Shown one piece after another: positions 26,715 through 35,935 of a stretch of DNA of 64,000 bases. The stretch lies in NCBI GenBank assembly GCA_964474355.1, contig CAYYSY010000172.1:16526-80525 (forward strand). Reading direction: 5' to 3'. The stretch comes from an uncultured Spirochaetaceae bacterium (lineage in GTDB: Bacteria; Myxococcota_A; UBA9160; UBA4427). The notes beneath the pieces are model-generated. The model was not told the origin of the DNA and searched no databases. It saw only the letters and a list, made by a program, of their open reading frames with translations. Both the position numbers and the translations under genes were made by a program. How positions within the stretch are numbered: the stretch's first letter is position 1; every line of letters begins with the position of its first letter.

Positions 26715-28810
26715 GCGTCGAAGCGAACGATCGCGAACGACAGATCATCCACCACGACCTCGGCAGCCCCGACGAGGAGGTGCGCCGGCTCGCCGTCGAG
26801 CGCGTCGCCTGTCTCGGCGTCGACGAGGCGCTGCCGCCGCTGCTCGATGCGCTCGGCGATGGATCATGGCGCGTGCGCAAGGCCGCCGTGGCACGGCTCG
26901 TCGCCATCGAGGCGGCCGACCACGTCGAGCGCGCACTGATCGAGGCGCTGGCCGACGGCGAGAATCCCGGCCGCCGCAACTCCGCGTTCGAGGCGCTGGT
27001 GTCGATGGGGCCGCGGGTCGTGCCCACTTTGATCGACCACCTCGACTCCGACGACGTCGACGTCCGCAAGCTCATCGTCGACGCCCTCGCGGGCATCGGT
27101 GACGTCGTCGCGACGCCCACCCTGATCGGGCGACTGAGAGACGACGACCCGAACGTGCGCGCAGCCAGCGCCGACGCGCTCGGCGTCGTCGGTGGACCGG
27201 GCGCCGGCGAGGCGATGACGCGCTCGGCGATCGACGACACGGAGGACACGCTCGTCCGGCTGTCGGCCTTCCGCGGCCTGGCGCGTATCGAGCACGCCGT
27301 GAACGTCGGCGATCTCGATTCGGCCCTCGAGGACTCCCTGCTGCGGCCGGCGGTCTTCGGGCTGCTCGGCGAGGTCGGTGGGAGCGACGCCATCGGCTGT
27401 CTGATCGACGGCCTGGGCCTCCCGTCCCGATCGTGCCGGGAGGCGGCGATCGGCGCACTGCTCAAGATGCTCGACCGCGGCGAAGGCGAGGCGCGACTCG
27501 CGCTCGCGTCGCGAATCATCGATGGCGGTCGAAGCCAGGCGGGGCTGATCGAGGCCTGCACCGATCGGCTCCCGGACGCCGATCTGGCGACCCGAATCGT
27601 GCTGATCCAGTTCCTCGGTCTCGTAGGAGATCCATGCTCGGTCGTCCCGATCCTCGAGGCAGGACGTGACGAGGCCATGGAAGAGGTCGCGCAGTCGACG
27701 CTCGTCGACTGGGGCGACGACGCGCTCATCGCGCTCGAGAATGAATGGGATCGCCTCGACCCCGATCTGCGCGGGGCTGCGTGCACGCTGATCGGCCGGG
27801 TCGGTGGTGAGCGTGCGCCGCTGCTGCTCCGCTCGGCGATCGAAGACGCGGATGCATCGCTGCGTGCCGCAGCGGCGCGTGCCATCGGCGATTGTCACTG
27901 CGCCGAGCTGATGCCGCTGCTCGTCGAGCGGCTGGAGAGCGCGGCCCTCGACTGCGACGACGACACCGATGAGGAGCCCGCAGCGATCGTATCCGCTCTC
28001 GTCGAGCTCGCTCGCTGGGATGCCGACGCCGACGCCGGCCTGGTGCCGGACATGGTGTCCCTGCTGGCCGAGCGGCTCGAGACCGCGGAGGACGAGGGGC
28101 GCGTGGCCGTCGCCACCGTGCTCGGTCGGGTCGGTCGAGCCGAGGACGAGGAGCTGATCGTCCACCTGCTGAAGGACCCCGACCCACAGGTACGCCGCAG
28201 CGCGGTGGGCGCGCTCGCGCGTCTCGAGCCCGGTGCGGCCTCGGAGCCGTTGCGTCTGGCACTCGCCGACGAGTCGGCCATGGTGCGGCTCGCCGCGGCG
28301 ACCGCGCTCGGCGAGGCGATGAATACGCAGGTGATCGACGACCTGCACCGGCTGATCCACGACGACGATGCGCGCGTGCGCTCGGCTGCGGTGCGCGGCA
28401 TCGGCCAGCACGCCGACCGGGAGCATCTCGCGCCCGAGCGAGCCGTGTCGCTGATCGAGAACGTGCTTTTGGGCGATGCCATGGTGGCGCTCGCTGCCGT
28501 CGACGCGCTCGCCGCAATCGGTGGCTCCCACGCCGCGGAGGCCGCGCTCAAGGTCCTCGAACGCGACGAGCCCGAGCTGGTGCAGTCGGCCGTTGCGTGC
28601 ATCGGCCGTCACGGCGACTCGGAGACCGTGGCCGAGCTGCTGCCGATCGTCGCGCACGAGAGCTGGCTGGTGCGGAGCGAAGCGATCCAGACGATGGCCG
28701 ACAGGCGCGTGGTGCAGGCGGTGCCCGCGATCCTGCGCCGACTCGAGACCGAGCAGGATTCGTTCGTGCGCGACACGATCCTGCGTGCCCTCAAGAGCCT
28801 GGAGGACTGA
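26711..28810 (+). CDS. HEAT-repeat (PBS-lyase-like) protein, about 18 repeats
   Basis: A reiterated D..VR..A..ALG pattern runs through all 699 aa (DEEVRRLAVERVACLG, SWRVRKAAVARL, DVDVRKLIVDALAGIG, DPNVRAASADALG ...). ATGA overlap with the upstream gene. Confidence 0.85.
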   Translation: MSVEANDRERQIIHHDLGSPDEEVRRLAVERVACLGVDEALPPLLDALGDGSWRVRKAAVARLVAIEAADHVERALIEALADGENPGRRNSAFEALVSMGPRVVPTLIDHLDSDDVDVRKLIVDALAGIGDVVATPTLIGRLRDDDPNVRAASADALGVVGGPGAGEAMTRSAIDDTEDTLVRLSAFRGLARIEHAVNVGDLDSALEDSLLRPAVFGLLGEVGGSDAIGCLIDGLGLPSRSCREAAIGALLKMLDRGEGEARLALASRIIDGGRSQAGLIEACTDRLPDADLATRIVLIQFLGLVGDPCSVVPILEAGRDEAMEEVAQSTLVDWGDDALIALENEWDRLDPDLRGAACTLIGRVGGERAPLLLRSAIEDADASLRAAAARAIGDCHCAELMPLLVERLESAALDCDDDTDEEPAAIVSALVELARWDADADAGLVPDMVSLLAERLETAEDEGRVAVATVLGRVGRAEDEELIVHLLKDPDPQVRRSAVGALARLEPGAASEPLRLALADESAMVRLAAATALGEAMNTQVIDDLHRLIHDDDARVRSAAVRGIGQHADREHLAPERAVSLIENVLLGDAMVALAAVDALAAIGGSHAAEAALKVLERDEPELVQSAVACIGRHGDSETVAELLPIVAHESWLVRSEAIQTMADRRVVQAVPAILRRLETEQDSFVRDTILRALKSLED

Positions 28811-29745
28811 TGCTCGAGGGCGGCGCCGCAGGCCTGACCATGACCGACGCCGAGTTCCGCATGTTCTGCGAACTCATCAAGTCGCGTTGTGGGCTGCACT
28901 TCGACGAGGACTCCCGGTTCATCGTCGAGAAGCGCCTCGCGCGCCGCGTGCAGGAGTGCGGCGTGGGCAGCTTCGCCGGCTATCACCTGCTGCTTCGGGA
29001 CGGCTCCGCCGGTGACGAGGAGTTCTCGAACGTCGTCGACACGCTCACGACCAACGAGACGTACTTCTTCCGCGAGCTCGGGCAGATACGTGCCCTCCTG
29101 GACGAGATCATCCCCGATCTGGTCCTGCGCCGGCGAGCCGCGGGCATCGAATCGCCGATCGGCATCTGGTCGGCCGGCTGCTCGAGCGGCGAGGAGCCCT
29201 ACTCGATCGTCATCCTCGCGAAGGAGGCGGGCCTGGACGTCGGTCGCGACATCCGCGTCTATGCGTCGGACATCTCGAAGTCGATGCTCCACCGCTCGCG
29301 CAGGGGCATCTACCGCGAGGCTTCCTTCCGCGAGACGAGCCCGTACATCCGTGACAAGTATTTCGACACGAAGGACGGCCAGACGCGGATCTCCGACGAC
29401 GTGAAGGACCATGTCGACTTGATTCACCTGAATCTGCTCGATCGAGACAAGATCGCGCTGCTCGGCACGATGGACGTGATCCTCTGCCGCAACGTGATCA
29501 TCTACTTCGATCTCGAGACGAAGCAGCGCGTCATCGATACGTTCCACGACAAGCTCAAGCCCGGAGGCTATCTGCTGCTCGGTCACTCCGAGTCGCTCAT
29601 CAACGTGTCGAGCGCGTTCGAGCTGAAGCACCTGACCCGCGACCTCGTCTACCGGCGCCCCGTGCCCGGCGAAGAGCGCGAGGATCCGTGGCACACGATC
29701 GCCGGCGGTACGGCGGCCAGCCTCGCACCGGGGAAGGGCCGCTGA
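28810..29745 (+). CDS. cheR: chemotaxis protein methyltransferase
   Basis: TTNETYFFRE, IWSAGCSSGEEPYS, CRNVIIYF. TGATG overlap with the HEAT gene. Confidence 0.9.
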   Translation: MLEGGAAGLTMTDAEFRMFCELIKSRCGLHFDEDSRFIVEKRLARRVQECGVGSFAGYHLLLRDGSAGDEEFSNVVDTLTTNETYFFRELGQIRALLDEIIPDLVLRRRAAGIESPIGIWSAGCSSGEEPYSIVILAKEAGLDVGRDIRVYASDISKSMLHRSRRGIYREASFRETSPYIRDKYFDTKDGQTRISDDVKDHVDLIHLNLLDRDKIALLGTMDVILCRNVIIYFDLETKQRVIDTFHDKLKPGGYLLLGHSESLINVSSAFELKHLTRDLVYRRPVPGEEREDPWHTIAGGTAASLAPGKGR

Positions 29746-30830
29746 TGGATCATCGAAACCTGATTCGCGTGCTCGTGATCGACGACTCGGCGTTCAGCCG
29801 GCAGGCGATCACCCGGATGCTGAGCACCTCGCCGCTCGTCGAGGTGGTCGGCGTGGCCCGCGACGGCGAGGAGGCGATCCACAAGACCCTCGACCTCGAG
29901 CCCGATCTGATCACCCTCGATCTCGAGATGCCCCGCATGGACGGCTTCACGTTCCTGCGGCTCATCATGTCCAAGCGGCCGACGCCGGTGATGGTGATCA
30001 GCGGCCGATCGGGCGAGGACGACGTCTTCAAGGCGCTCGATCTGGGCGCGGTGGACTTCATCGCGAAGCCGACGCCGCACGCGACACCGGAGCTCCAGAC
30101 GATCCACCAGGAGCTGATTCGCAAGGTCCACGCGATTCGCGAGCTGCGCATCGACAAGGTCAAGGACCGCATTCGCAAGGCGCCCCCGGTGCTCTCGCGG
30201 CGCCACCGCACGGTGGCCTCGGTACCGCCCGTCGTCGTGATCGGGTCGTCGACCGGTGGCCCCGCCGCGCTGATGCAGACCTTCGGCGCATTCACCGAGG
30301 CGCCGCCATGTGCGTTCCTCGTCGCCCAGCACATGCCCGAGGGCTTCACCCGCGGCTTCGCCGAGCGCCTCGATCGACTCACACCGTTTTCGGTGAAGGA
30401 GGCGAGCGGTGGCGAGGAGCCCGAGCGCGGCACGGTGCTGATCGCGCCCGGCGGTCGTCACCTCGAGCTCGACGCCGAGCGTGGCCGGATCATCTCGCGG
30501 GTCTACCAGAGCCAGCCGAGCGACAAATACACGCCGTCGGTGGACCGTCTCTTCGAGTCGGCCGCCAAGCACTTCGCGAGCGATCTGCTCGCAGTCGTGC
30601 TGACCGGCATGGGCGACGATGGACGTCAGGGAGCGTTGGCGGTGCGTGAATCAGGCGGGACGGTGATTGCGGAGTCGGAGGAGACGGCAGTGATCTACGG
30701 CATGCCCCAGCAGGTCGTGCGAGCCGGCGCGGCGAATCGCGTACTGCCACTGAACGAGATTCCGACGGCGATCCAATCTGGTGTTGCGCGAGAAACGCAG
30801 CGAGCCGGTATGGGGAGGGATTCCCGATGA
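29745..30830 (+). CDS. cheB: chemotaxis response regulator protein-glutamate methylesterase
   Basis: REC (VLVIDDSAFSR...LDLEMPRMDG) plus esterase (VVVIGSSTGGPAAL, HMPEGFT, GMGDDG). Confidence 0.95.
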   Translation: MDHRNLIRVLVIDDSAFSRQAITRMLSTSPLVEVVGVARDGEEAIHKTLDLEPDLITLDLEMPRMDGFTFLRLIMSKRPTPVMVISGRSGEDDVFKALDLGAVDFIAKPTPHATPELQTIHQELIRKVHAIRELRIDKVKDRIRKAPPVLSRRHRTVASVPPVVVIGSSTGGPAALMQTFGAFTEAPPCAFLVAQHMPEGFTRGFAERLDRLTPFSVKEASGGEEPERGTVLIAPGGRHLELDAERGRIISRVYQSQPSDKYTPSVDRLFESAAKHFASDLLAVVLTGMGDDGRQGALAVRESGGTVIAESEETAVIYGMPQQVVRAGAANRVLPLNEIPTAIQSGVARETQRAGMGRDSR

Positions 30831-31660
30831 GCAACGGGGGACGGAACCCGCACGATCGAGGGGAAGCGGTCCTCGCGATCTTCAAGCGCGGCGCCGACTT
30901 CATGAAGCAGCTCATGGACGAGAACGAGGGGCTGCGGAAGCAGCTCGCGGACGTCCATGGGCGGCAGGAGACCGCGTCCCAGTCGGACAGCGAGTGGGAT
31001 GCCCTGCGCGTGGAGTTGGCGGAGAAGATCGAGAACCTGGAAAGCGAGCGTGAGAACATCATGGCTCAGCTGCGCTCGGTGGAGTCGGAGAACCAGCAGT
31101 TCGCCGAGCGCTACCTCGAGATCGAAGAGGAAAACAACAACCTGGCCAACCTCTACGTGGCCAGCTACCAGCTGCACTCGACCCTCGACCCGAGCGAAGT
31201 GCTGAAGGTCATCGTCGAGATCGTGATCAACCTGATCGGTGCGGAGCTCTTCTGCGTGTACGTGTGTGAGGAGGAGGTCGGCATGCTGAAGCCGGTGGCG
31301 AGCGAAGGCTCGCCGGTTTCGTCCTTCCCGCCGATCCCCCTGGATTCGGGGGCCGTCGGTGAGGCCGTGCAGAGCGGTGACGTGTTCACGGACGATCCGA
31401 ACCTGGAGCACGGGGAGGGTGCGGACGCCATCGGCGAGCCCGTCGTCTGCATCCCGCTGCGCGTCGACGAGAAGCCGGTGGGCGCGATCGTGATCCACAG
31501 GCTGCTGCAGCAGAAGGACGGCTTCTCGCCGCTGGACCACGAGCTCTTCACGCTCATGGCGGGTCACGCGGCGACGGCGATCTTCGCATCGCAGCTCTAC
31601 GCACAGTCCGAGCGCAAGTTGAACACGATTCAGGGATTCATCGATCTGCTGACCAAGTAG
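30827..31660 (+). CDS. coiled-coil + GAF domain protein
   Basis: N-terminal heptad-rich region (LRKQLADV...IENLESERENIMAQLRSVESENQQFAERYLEIEEENNNLANLY), then a GAF-like domain (LKVIVEIVINLIGAELFCVYV...PVGAIVIHRLL). ATGA overlap with cheB. Confidence 0.8.
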   Translation: MSNGGRNPHDRGEAVLAIFKRGADFMKQLMDENEGLRKQLADVHGRQETASQSDSEWDALRVELAEKIENLESERENIMAQLRSVESENQQFAERYLEIEEENNNLANLYVASYQLHSTLDPSEVLKVIVEIVINLIGAELFCVYVCEEEVGMLKPVASEGSPVSSFPPIPLDSGAVGEAVQSGDVFTDDPNLEHGEGADAIGEPVVCIPLRVDEKPVGAIVIHRLLQQKDGFSPLDHELFTLMAGHAATAIFASQLYAQSERKLNTIQGFIDLLTK

Positions 31661-31716
31661 GGTCGAGACGGCTATCCGGGCGCGCCGCATGCGGCCCGGA
31701 CACAGCGAGTGAGGAG

Positions 31717-32100
31717 TTGGCCATGGCGGGACATCGCATTCTGATCGTCGAGGACAGCCCGACGATGCGACAGTTGCTGGTCTTCGCGCTCAAGCGAATG
31801 AAGGACGTCGACATCGTCGAGGCCCAGGATGGCATGGACGGTCTTCGAAAGGTGACGGGAGACGAGTTCGACCTCGCCTTCGTGGACATCAACATGCCCG
31901 TCATGGACGGACTCAAGCTGATCAGCCTGATCCGGGGCGAGGAGAACCTGGCCTCGATGCCGATCTGCGTGATCACGACCGAAGGCGCCAAGGAGGACCG
32001 CGAGCGAGCGCTCTCCCTCGGCGCCAACGAGTACCTGACGAAGCCGATCCAGGCGAACAAGGTCCTCGCGGTGGCGAAGAGTCTTCTCAAGATCGAGTAG
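31717..32100 (+). CDS. CheY-like single-domain response regulator (second copy)
   Basis: ILIVEDSPTMR...DLAFVDINMPVMDG...GANEYLTKP. Confidence 0.9.
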   Translation: MAMAGHRILIVEDSPTMRQLLVFALKRMKDVDIVEAQDGMDGLRKVTGDEFDLAFVDINMPVMDGLKLISLIRGEENLASMPICVITTEGAKEDRERALSLGANEYLTKPIQANKVLAVAKSLLKIE

Positions 32101-32128
32101 TGGCTCCGGGTTGGGCTAGTCTCCCGGG

Positions 32129-33163
32129 GTGCGGGCGTCCAGGCGCCCGCCCCGCCGTGGGACCCCCCGCCCGGGAGCCGGAACCCTGCATCTCGACGCA
32201 CTCACCAAGGAACTCTCGAAGGGGACGGTCCGCCCCGCCTACCTGCTCGCCGGCGAAGAGGCGCTCCATCGCGACGATGCCCTCGCCGTCCTCCGCGCGG
32301 CCGTCCTCGACGGCGGCGCGGACGACTTCAACTTCGACAGACTCGACGGTGCCCGCACCACGCCGCAGACCCTGCTCGAGAGCGTCGAGCGGCTGCCGGT
32401 GATGGCGACGCGGCGACTCGTGCTGCTCGTGGAGCCCGATGGCCGCCGCGCCGGCGCGAAGGCCCTGCTCGAGGCGCTGCCCGACGTGGTGAAGTCGCTG
32501 CGCGAGCGCGAGGAGACCGTGCTCGTCGTGACTGCGACGAAGGCCGACAAGCGTTCGCGCTTCTTCAAGTCGTTCGCCGATCCCGCGGCCGTCGTCGAGT
32601 GCGACCCGCCCAAGAACGGCAAGCCGCTCTTCAAGTTCATCGAGGCCGAGGCGAAGCGGCAGGGCATCGAGGTCGAGACCGGCGTGCCCGAGCTGCTCGC
32701 CGAGCGCATCGGGCCGCAGCTGCTGCTGCTGCGCCACGAGCTCGCGAAGGCGAGTCTGCTGGCGGGGCCCGGCGAGGTCGTGACGCGCGCCCACGTCGAC
32801 GCCTCCGCCGCCCAGGTGGCCGAGGAGCCGATCTGGGATCTGACCGATGCGATCGGGGAGGGCCGCGGAGGCCAGGCGATCGCACTGCTCGCGCGCCTGC
32901 TCGACGGCGGCAACGCCGGCGCGCCGCTGCTCGGCGCCCTCGCGAGTCACTTCCGCAAGCTCGCGATGGTGCGAGGCGGCGGCGACGTGCCCGGCCCGCC
33001 CTTCGTGAAGCAGAAGCTCGAGCGCCAGGCGCGCCGCTACACGTCGGCACAGCTGCTCCGCTGCCTGCGCGAGATCCACCACACGGACCTCGCGCTCAAG
33101 GGCGTCGGCTCTCTCCCCGAGGAGATCGCGCTCGAGCGGCTCGTCCTGGGGCTCTCGGGCTGA
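32129..33163 (+). CDS. holA: DNA polymerase III delta subunit
   Basis: ...RPAYLLAGEEALHRDDAL..., later AxxLLxxL and LKG motifs, about 340 aa. GTG at 32129 is the only canonical start upstream of the conserved N-terminus, so the start is uncertain. Confidence 0.75.
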   Translation: MRASRRPPRRGTPRPGAGTLHLDALTKELSKGTVRPAYLLAGEEALHRDDALAVLRAAVLDGGADDFNFDRLDGARTTPQTLLESVERLPVMATRRLVLLVEPDGRRAGAKALLEALPDVVKSLREREETVLVVTATKADKRSRFFKSFADPAAVVECDPPKNGKPLFKFIEAEAKRQGIEVETGVPELLAERIGPQLLLLRHELAKASLLAGPGEVVTRAHVDASAAQVAEEPIWDLTDAIGEGRGGQAIALLARLLDGGNAGAPLLGALASHFRKLAMVRGGGDVPGPPFVKQKLERQARRYTSAQLLRCLREIHHTDLALKGVGSLPEEIALERLVLGLSG

Positions 33164-33290
33164 GCGGCGCCCCGGCTCGTCACCGGCGAAGCAATCCGTT
33201 CACTCGATCCACGATCGAGCGGCTGGCTTCGGGCTTTCGGGGTAGGGCAGTGATCCTGGCTCGCACACGGTGCGCGGCGAGCCCCGCGGA

Positions 33291-33560
33291 TCAGCCCTGA
33301 GAGAGCGCGTTCACGCTGCGTGCGAGACGCGACACCGTGCGGTCGGCGCGGCGCTTCGGGATCACACCCTTGGTCGCAGCCTTGCGGATCGCGCGCTCGG
33401 CGGTCTTCAGCTTGTCCGAGGCGTCGGCGGCGTCGCCGCTGTCGATCGCCAGACGGAGCGCCTTGACGTGGGTGCGCATGCCGCTGCGCACGTGCTGGTT
33501 GCGCTTGCGGCGCCGCTCGGACTGGCGGATGCGCTTCTGTGCGGACTTGTGATGGGCCAA
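33291..33560 (-). CDS. rpsT: 30S ribosomal protein S20
   Basis: MAHHKSAQKRIRQSERRRKRNQHVRSGMRT... Confidence 0.95.
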   Translation of the reverse strand: MAHHKSAQKRIRQSERRRKRNQHVRSGMRTHVKALRLAIDSGDAADASDKLKTAERAIRKAATKGVIPKRRADRTVSRLARSVNALSQG

Positions 33561-33855
33561 CGGCCGTGTCTCCCGTGGGTCTGATCAGATGGGCGGCGCA
33601 TGTTAGGGCGGGGCGTCCCGGGTGTCGATGGCCTCTGCCGGGCACGGGACGCCGGGACCGCGAATCGGTCCGGGATGCGCTCGGCCGGGATCCGCCATGG
33701 GGCACCCGACACCGGGACCCGGCCCCATCGGCAGGCACGGCCCCCCGGGGCTTCGGTGCTTCGCGCACTCCAGCAGCGGTGCCGGTTCGCCGATACGCAG
33801 GTCGAACGCGTTCGCCTCGGAGGGATCGTTCGTTTTGCGAAGGATTCTACGTCGG

Positions 33856-35742
33856 GTGAGAGCCGTACGGCTCTGCGCCCTCGTCGTCATGTTGTTTCAG
33901 ATGGGTCTCGGAGCCGCGCTGGCCGAGGGCGAGCCACTCGATCCGGCGGCCGCCGAGACCGGTGCGCTGGCCGATTCGGCCCTGCCTGCCGTCATCGGTG
34001 CCGCGCCGGACGAGGCCCCGCCCGTGCCCGCAACGTCGCGCCTCGAGACGACTTGGTTCGAGACCGGGCCCGGCTACGTCAGCCGCGGCGCCCGCACCCG
34101 CGACGTGGCGCTCGCACTCGGCGTCGAGAACTTCGAGACCGCGGCGCGTGCGATGATCGCGACGTCGCGCGATGGCACCGAGCTCAGCCACGCGATGCTG
34201 GCCGTCACCCTCGCACCCGATCTGCCGATGGCGCACATGGCGCTCGCCAAGGCGCAGTGGAAGGACGGCGACTGGGTCGCCGCGGTGACCGCGGTGGCAT
34301 CGGGCCTCTGGGCGATCCCGCGCCATCCCGAGGCGAGTGTCTGGCTGGCGGGGTCGCTGCTCGTGATCTTCGCCGCCGTGCTGGTCTTCGGGGCCGTCGT
34401 CTTCATCGGCGCCGTCGGCATCGGCGCGGCATCGGCCGCGATCCACGACCTCGGTGATCTGGTCTCGAGGCGGATGCCCGACTTCGCGAAGGCGGCACTG
34501 TTCGCCTCGCTGCTTCTGGTGCCGGTGGTGCTGGGCGAGGGACTCATGGGCCTGCTGCTCGTGCTGCTCGTCGTCGGCGTCGCCTACGGCACCCAGCGCC
34601 ATCGTGGCGCCCTGCTCTCGGCGGCGGTGCTGCTGGTGCTCGGGCTCGAGGTCGTCTTCGGCCTGGCCGGCACCGTGCTCACCTCGTTTCGCGCCGACCC
34701 GGTGGCCGACGCCGTCCTCTCGGTGGCACGCGGCAACGAGACACCGCTCGAGATCGAGCGCCTGGAGGCGCACTCCGGCGAGCGCTTCGCCGCGCTGGCC
34801 CTGGCATCCCGGTCCCGGCGCTTCGGCCAGATCGACGAGACGTACGCGCGCTACGAGAAGCTCCTCGAAGAGGACCCCCGTGACGCCGTGCTGCTCACCA
34901 ACATGGGCAACCTGCTCTACGCGGCCGGCGAACACGACGGCGCCATCGAGTTCTACGAGCGCGCGGGCGGGCTCGAGGGCTCGGCGACCCTGTGGTTCAA
35001 CCTCTCGCAAGCCTACGCGCGCGCGTTCCGCATGGAGGAGCTCGAGACCGCGCTCCACCGCGGGCAGTCGATCGACGCCGCCCGCGTCGAGGAGCTCTCG
35101 AATCGCGGCGACACCGAGTTCGTCGCCGACCTCCCGCTCTCGATCTGGGCGCTTCGCGAACGCATGATCAGCCGCGCCGACGACGGTGCGCTCTCCACCG
35201 AGCTCGTCGGCGTGATCGCACCCGGCTGGCTCGGGCGGAGCTGGATGCATCTGGCCGGCGCGTTGGCGGCGGCGATGATGCTCGGCGTGGCGCTGGGCGG
35301 CGCATGGGAGCACTCGAGCACCTGCAACCGCTGCGGCCGGCGCATCTGCGTTCGCTGTGACGACCAGATCTGGAACGCCGATCTCTGCGACGGCTGCCAT
35401 CATCTCTTCCACCGGCCCCAGGGCACCGATCCGAAGCTGCGCACGGCGCGGATCAACGCGCTGCGTGCGCGCGAGGCGCGGCTCGAGAAGCTCTGGGTCG
35501 CGGTGTCGGTGCTGGTGCCGGGCGTAGCGGGGCTGCGCGCGCGGCGCCCGGACCTCGCGTTCACCGGCATCCTGCTCTTCGGATGGGCTGCGGCGATCTG
35601 GATCTGGCGCGACGGTGTCGTGCCCGATCCCCTGGCGCTCGGCGGCATCGGCCCGATGGCCTTCCTGCTCTCCGGCATGATGGCCGCCTTCTTCTATCTG
35701 CTCGTATTGCTTTCCGGGCTCATCATGCAGAGGAAACTCTAG
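33856..35742 (+). CDS. polytopic membrane protein with TPR repeats and a Cys-rich CxxC-x5-C..CxxC segment
   Basis: Signal-like (V)RAVRLCALVVMLFQMGLGAALA. Several hydrophobic helices. TPR-like AVLLTNMGNLLYAAGEHDGAIEFYERA. CNRCGRRICVRCDDQIWNADLCDGCHH. The start is uncertain (TTG 33835 / GTG 33856 / ATG 33889). Confidence 0.65.
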   Translation: MRAVRLCALVVMLFQMGLGAALAEGEPLDPAAAETGALADSALPAVIGAAPDEAPPVPATSRLETTWFETGPGYVSRGARTRDVALALGVENFETAARAMIATSRDGTELSHAMLAVTLAPDLPMAHMALAKAQWKDGDWVAAVTAVASGLWAIPRHPEASVWLAGSLLVIFAAVLVFGAVVFIGAVGIGAASAAIHDLGDLVSRRMPDFAKAALFASLLLVPVVLGEGLMGLLLVLLVVGVAYGTQRHRGALLSAAVLLVLGLEVVFGLAGTVLTSFRADPVADAVLSVARGNETPLEIERLEAHSGERFAALALASRSRRFGQIDETYARYEKLLEEDPRDAVLLTNMGNLLYAAGEHDGAIEFYERAGGLEGSATLWFNLSQAYARAFRMEELETALHRGQSIDAARVEELSNRGDTEFVADLPLSIWALRERMISRADDGALSTELVGVIAPGWLGRSWMHLAGALAAAMMLGVALGGAWEHSSTCNRCGRRICVRCDDQIWNADLCDGCHHLFHRPQGTDPKLRTARINALRAREARLEKLWVAVSVLVPGVAGLRARRPDLAFTGILLFGWAAAIWIWRDGVVPDPLALGGIGPMAFLLSGMMAAFFYLLVLLSGLIMQRKL

Positions 35743-35935
35743 TGCCCCATCCCGTGAGATCGTCTGCATTCGATCGCGTCTGCACGCCGCTCGCCGCGTT
35801 GCACTCGATCGCCGTAGCCCGCACTACGCCTCACTCGCGCGCCTTGCGAGCGGCGTGCAGCCACGCTCTCGGTGCACGCCGAGCAGAAGCCGACGTTTCG
35901 TACGGTCGACGTCGACCTCACGGGAAGGGGCACTG

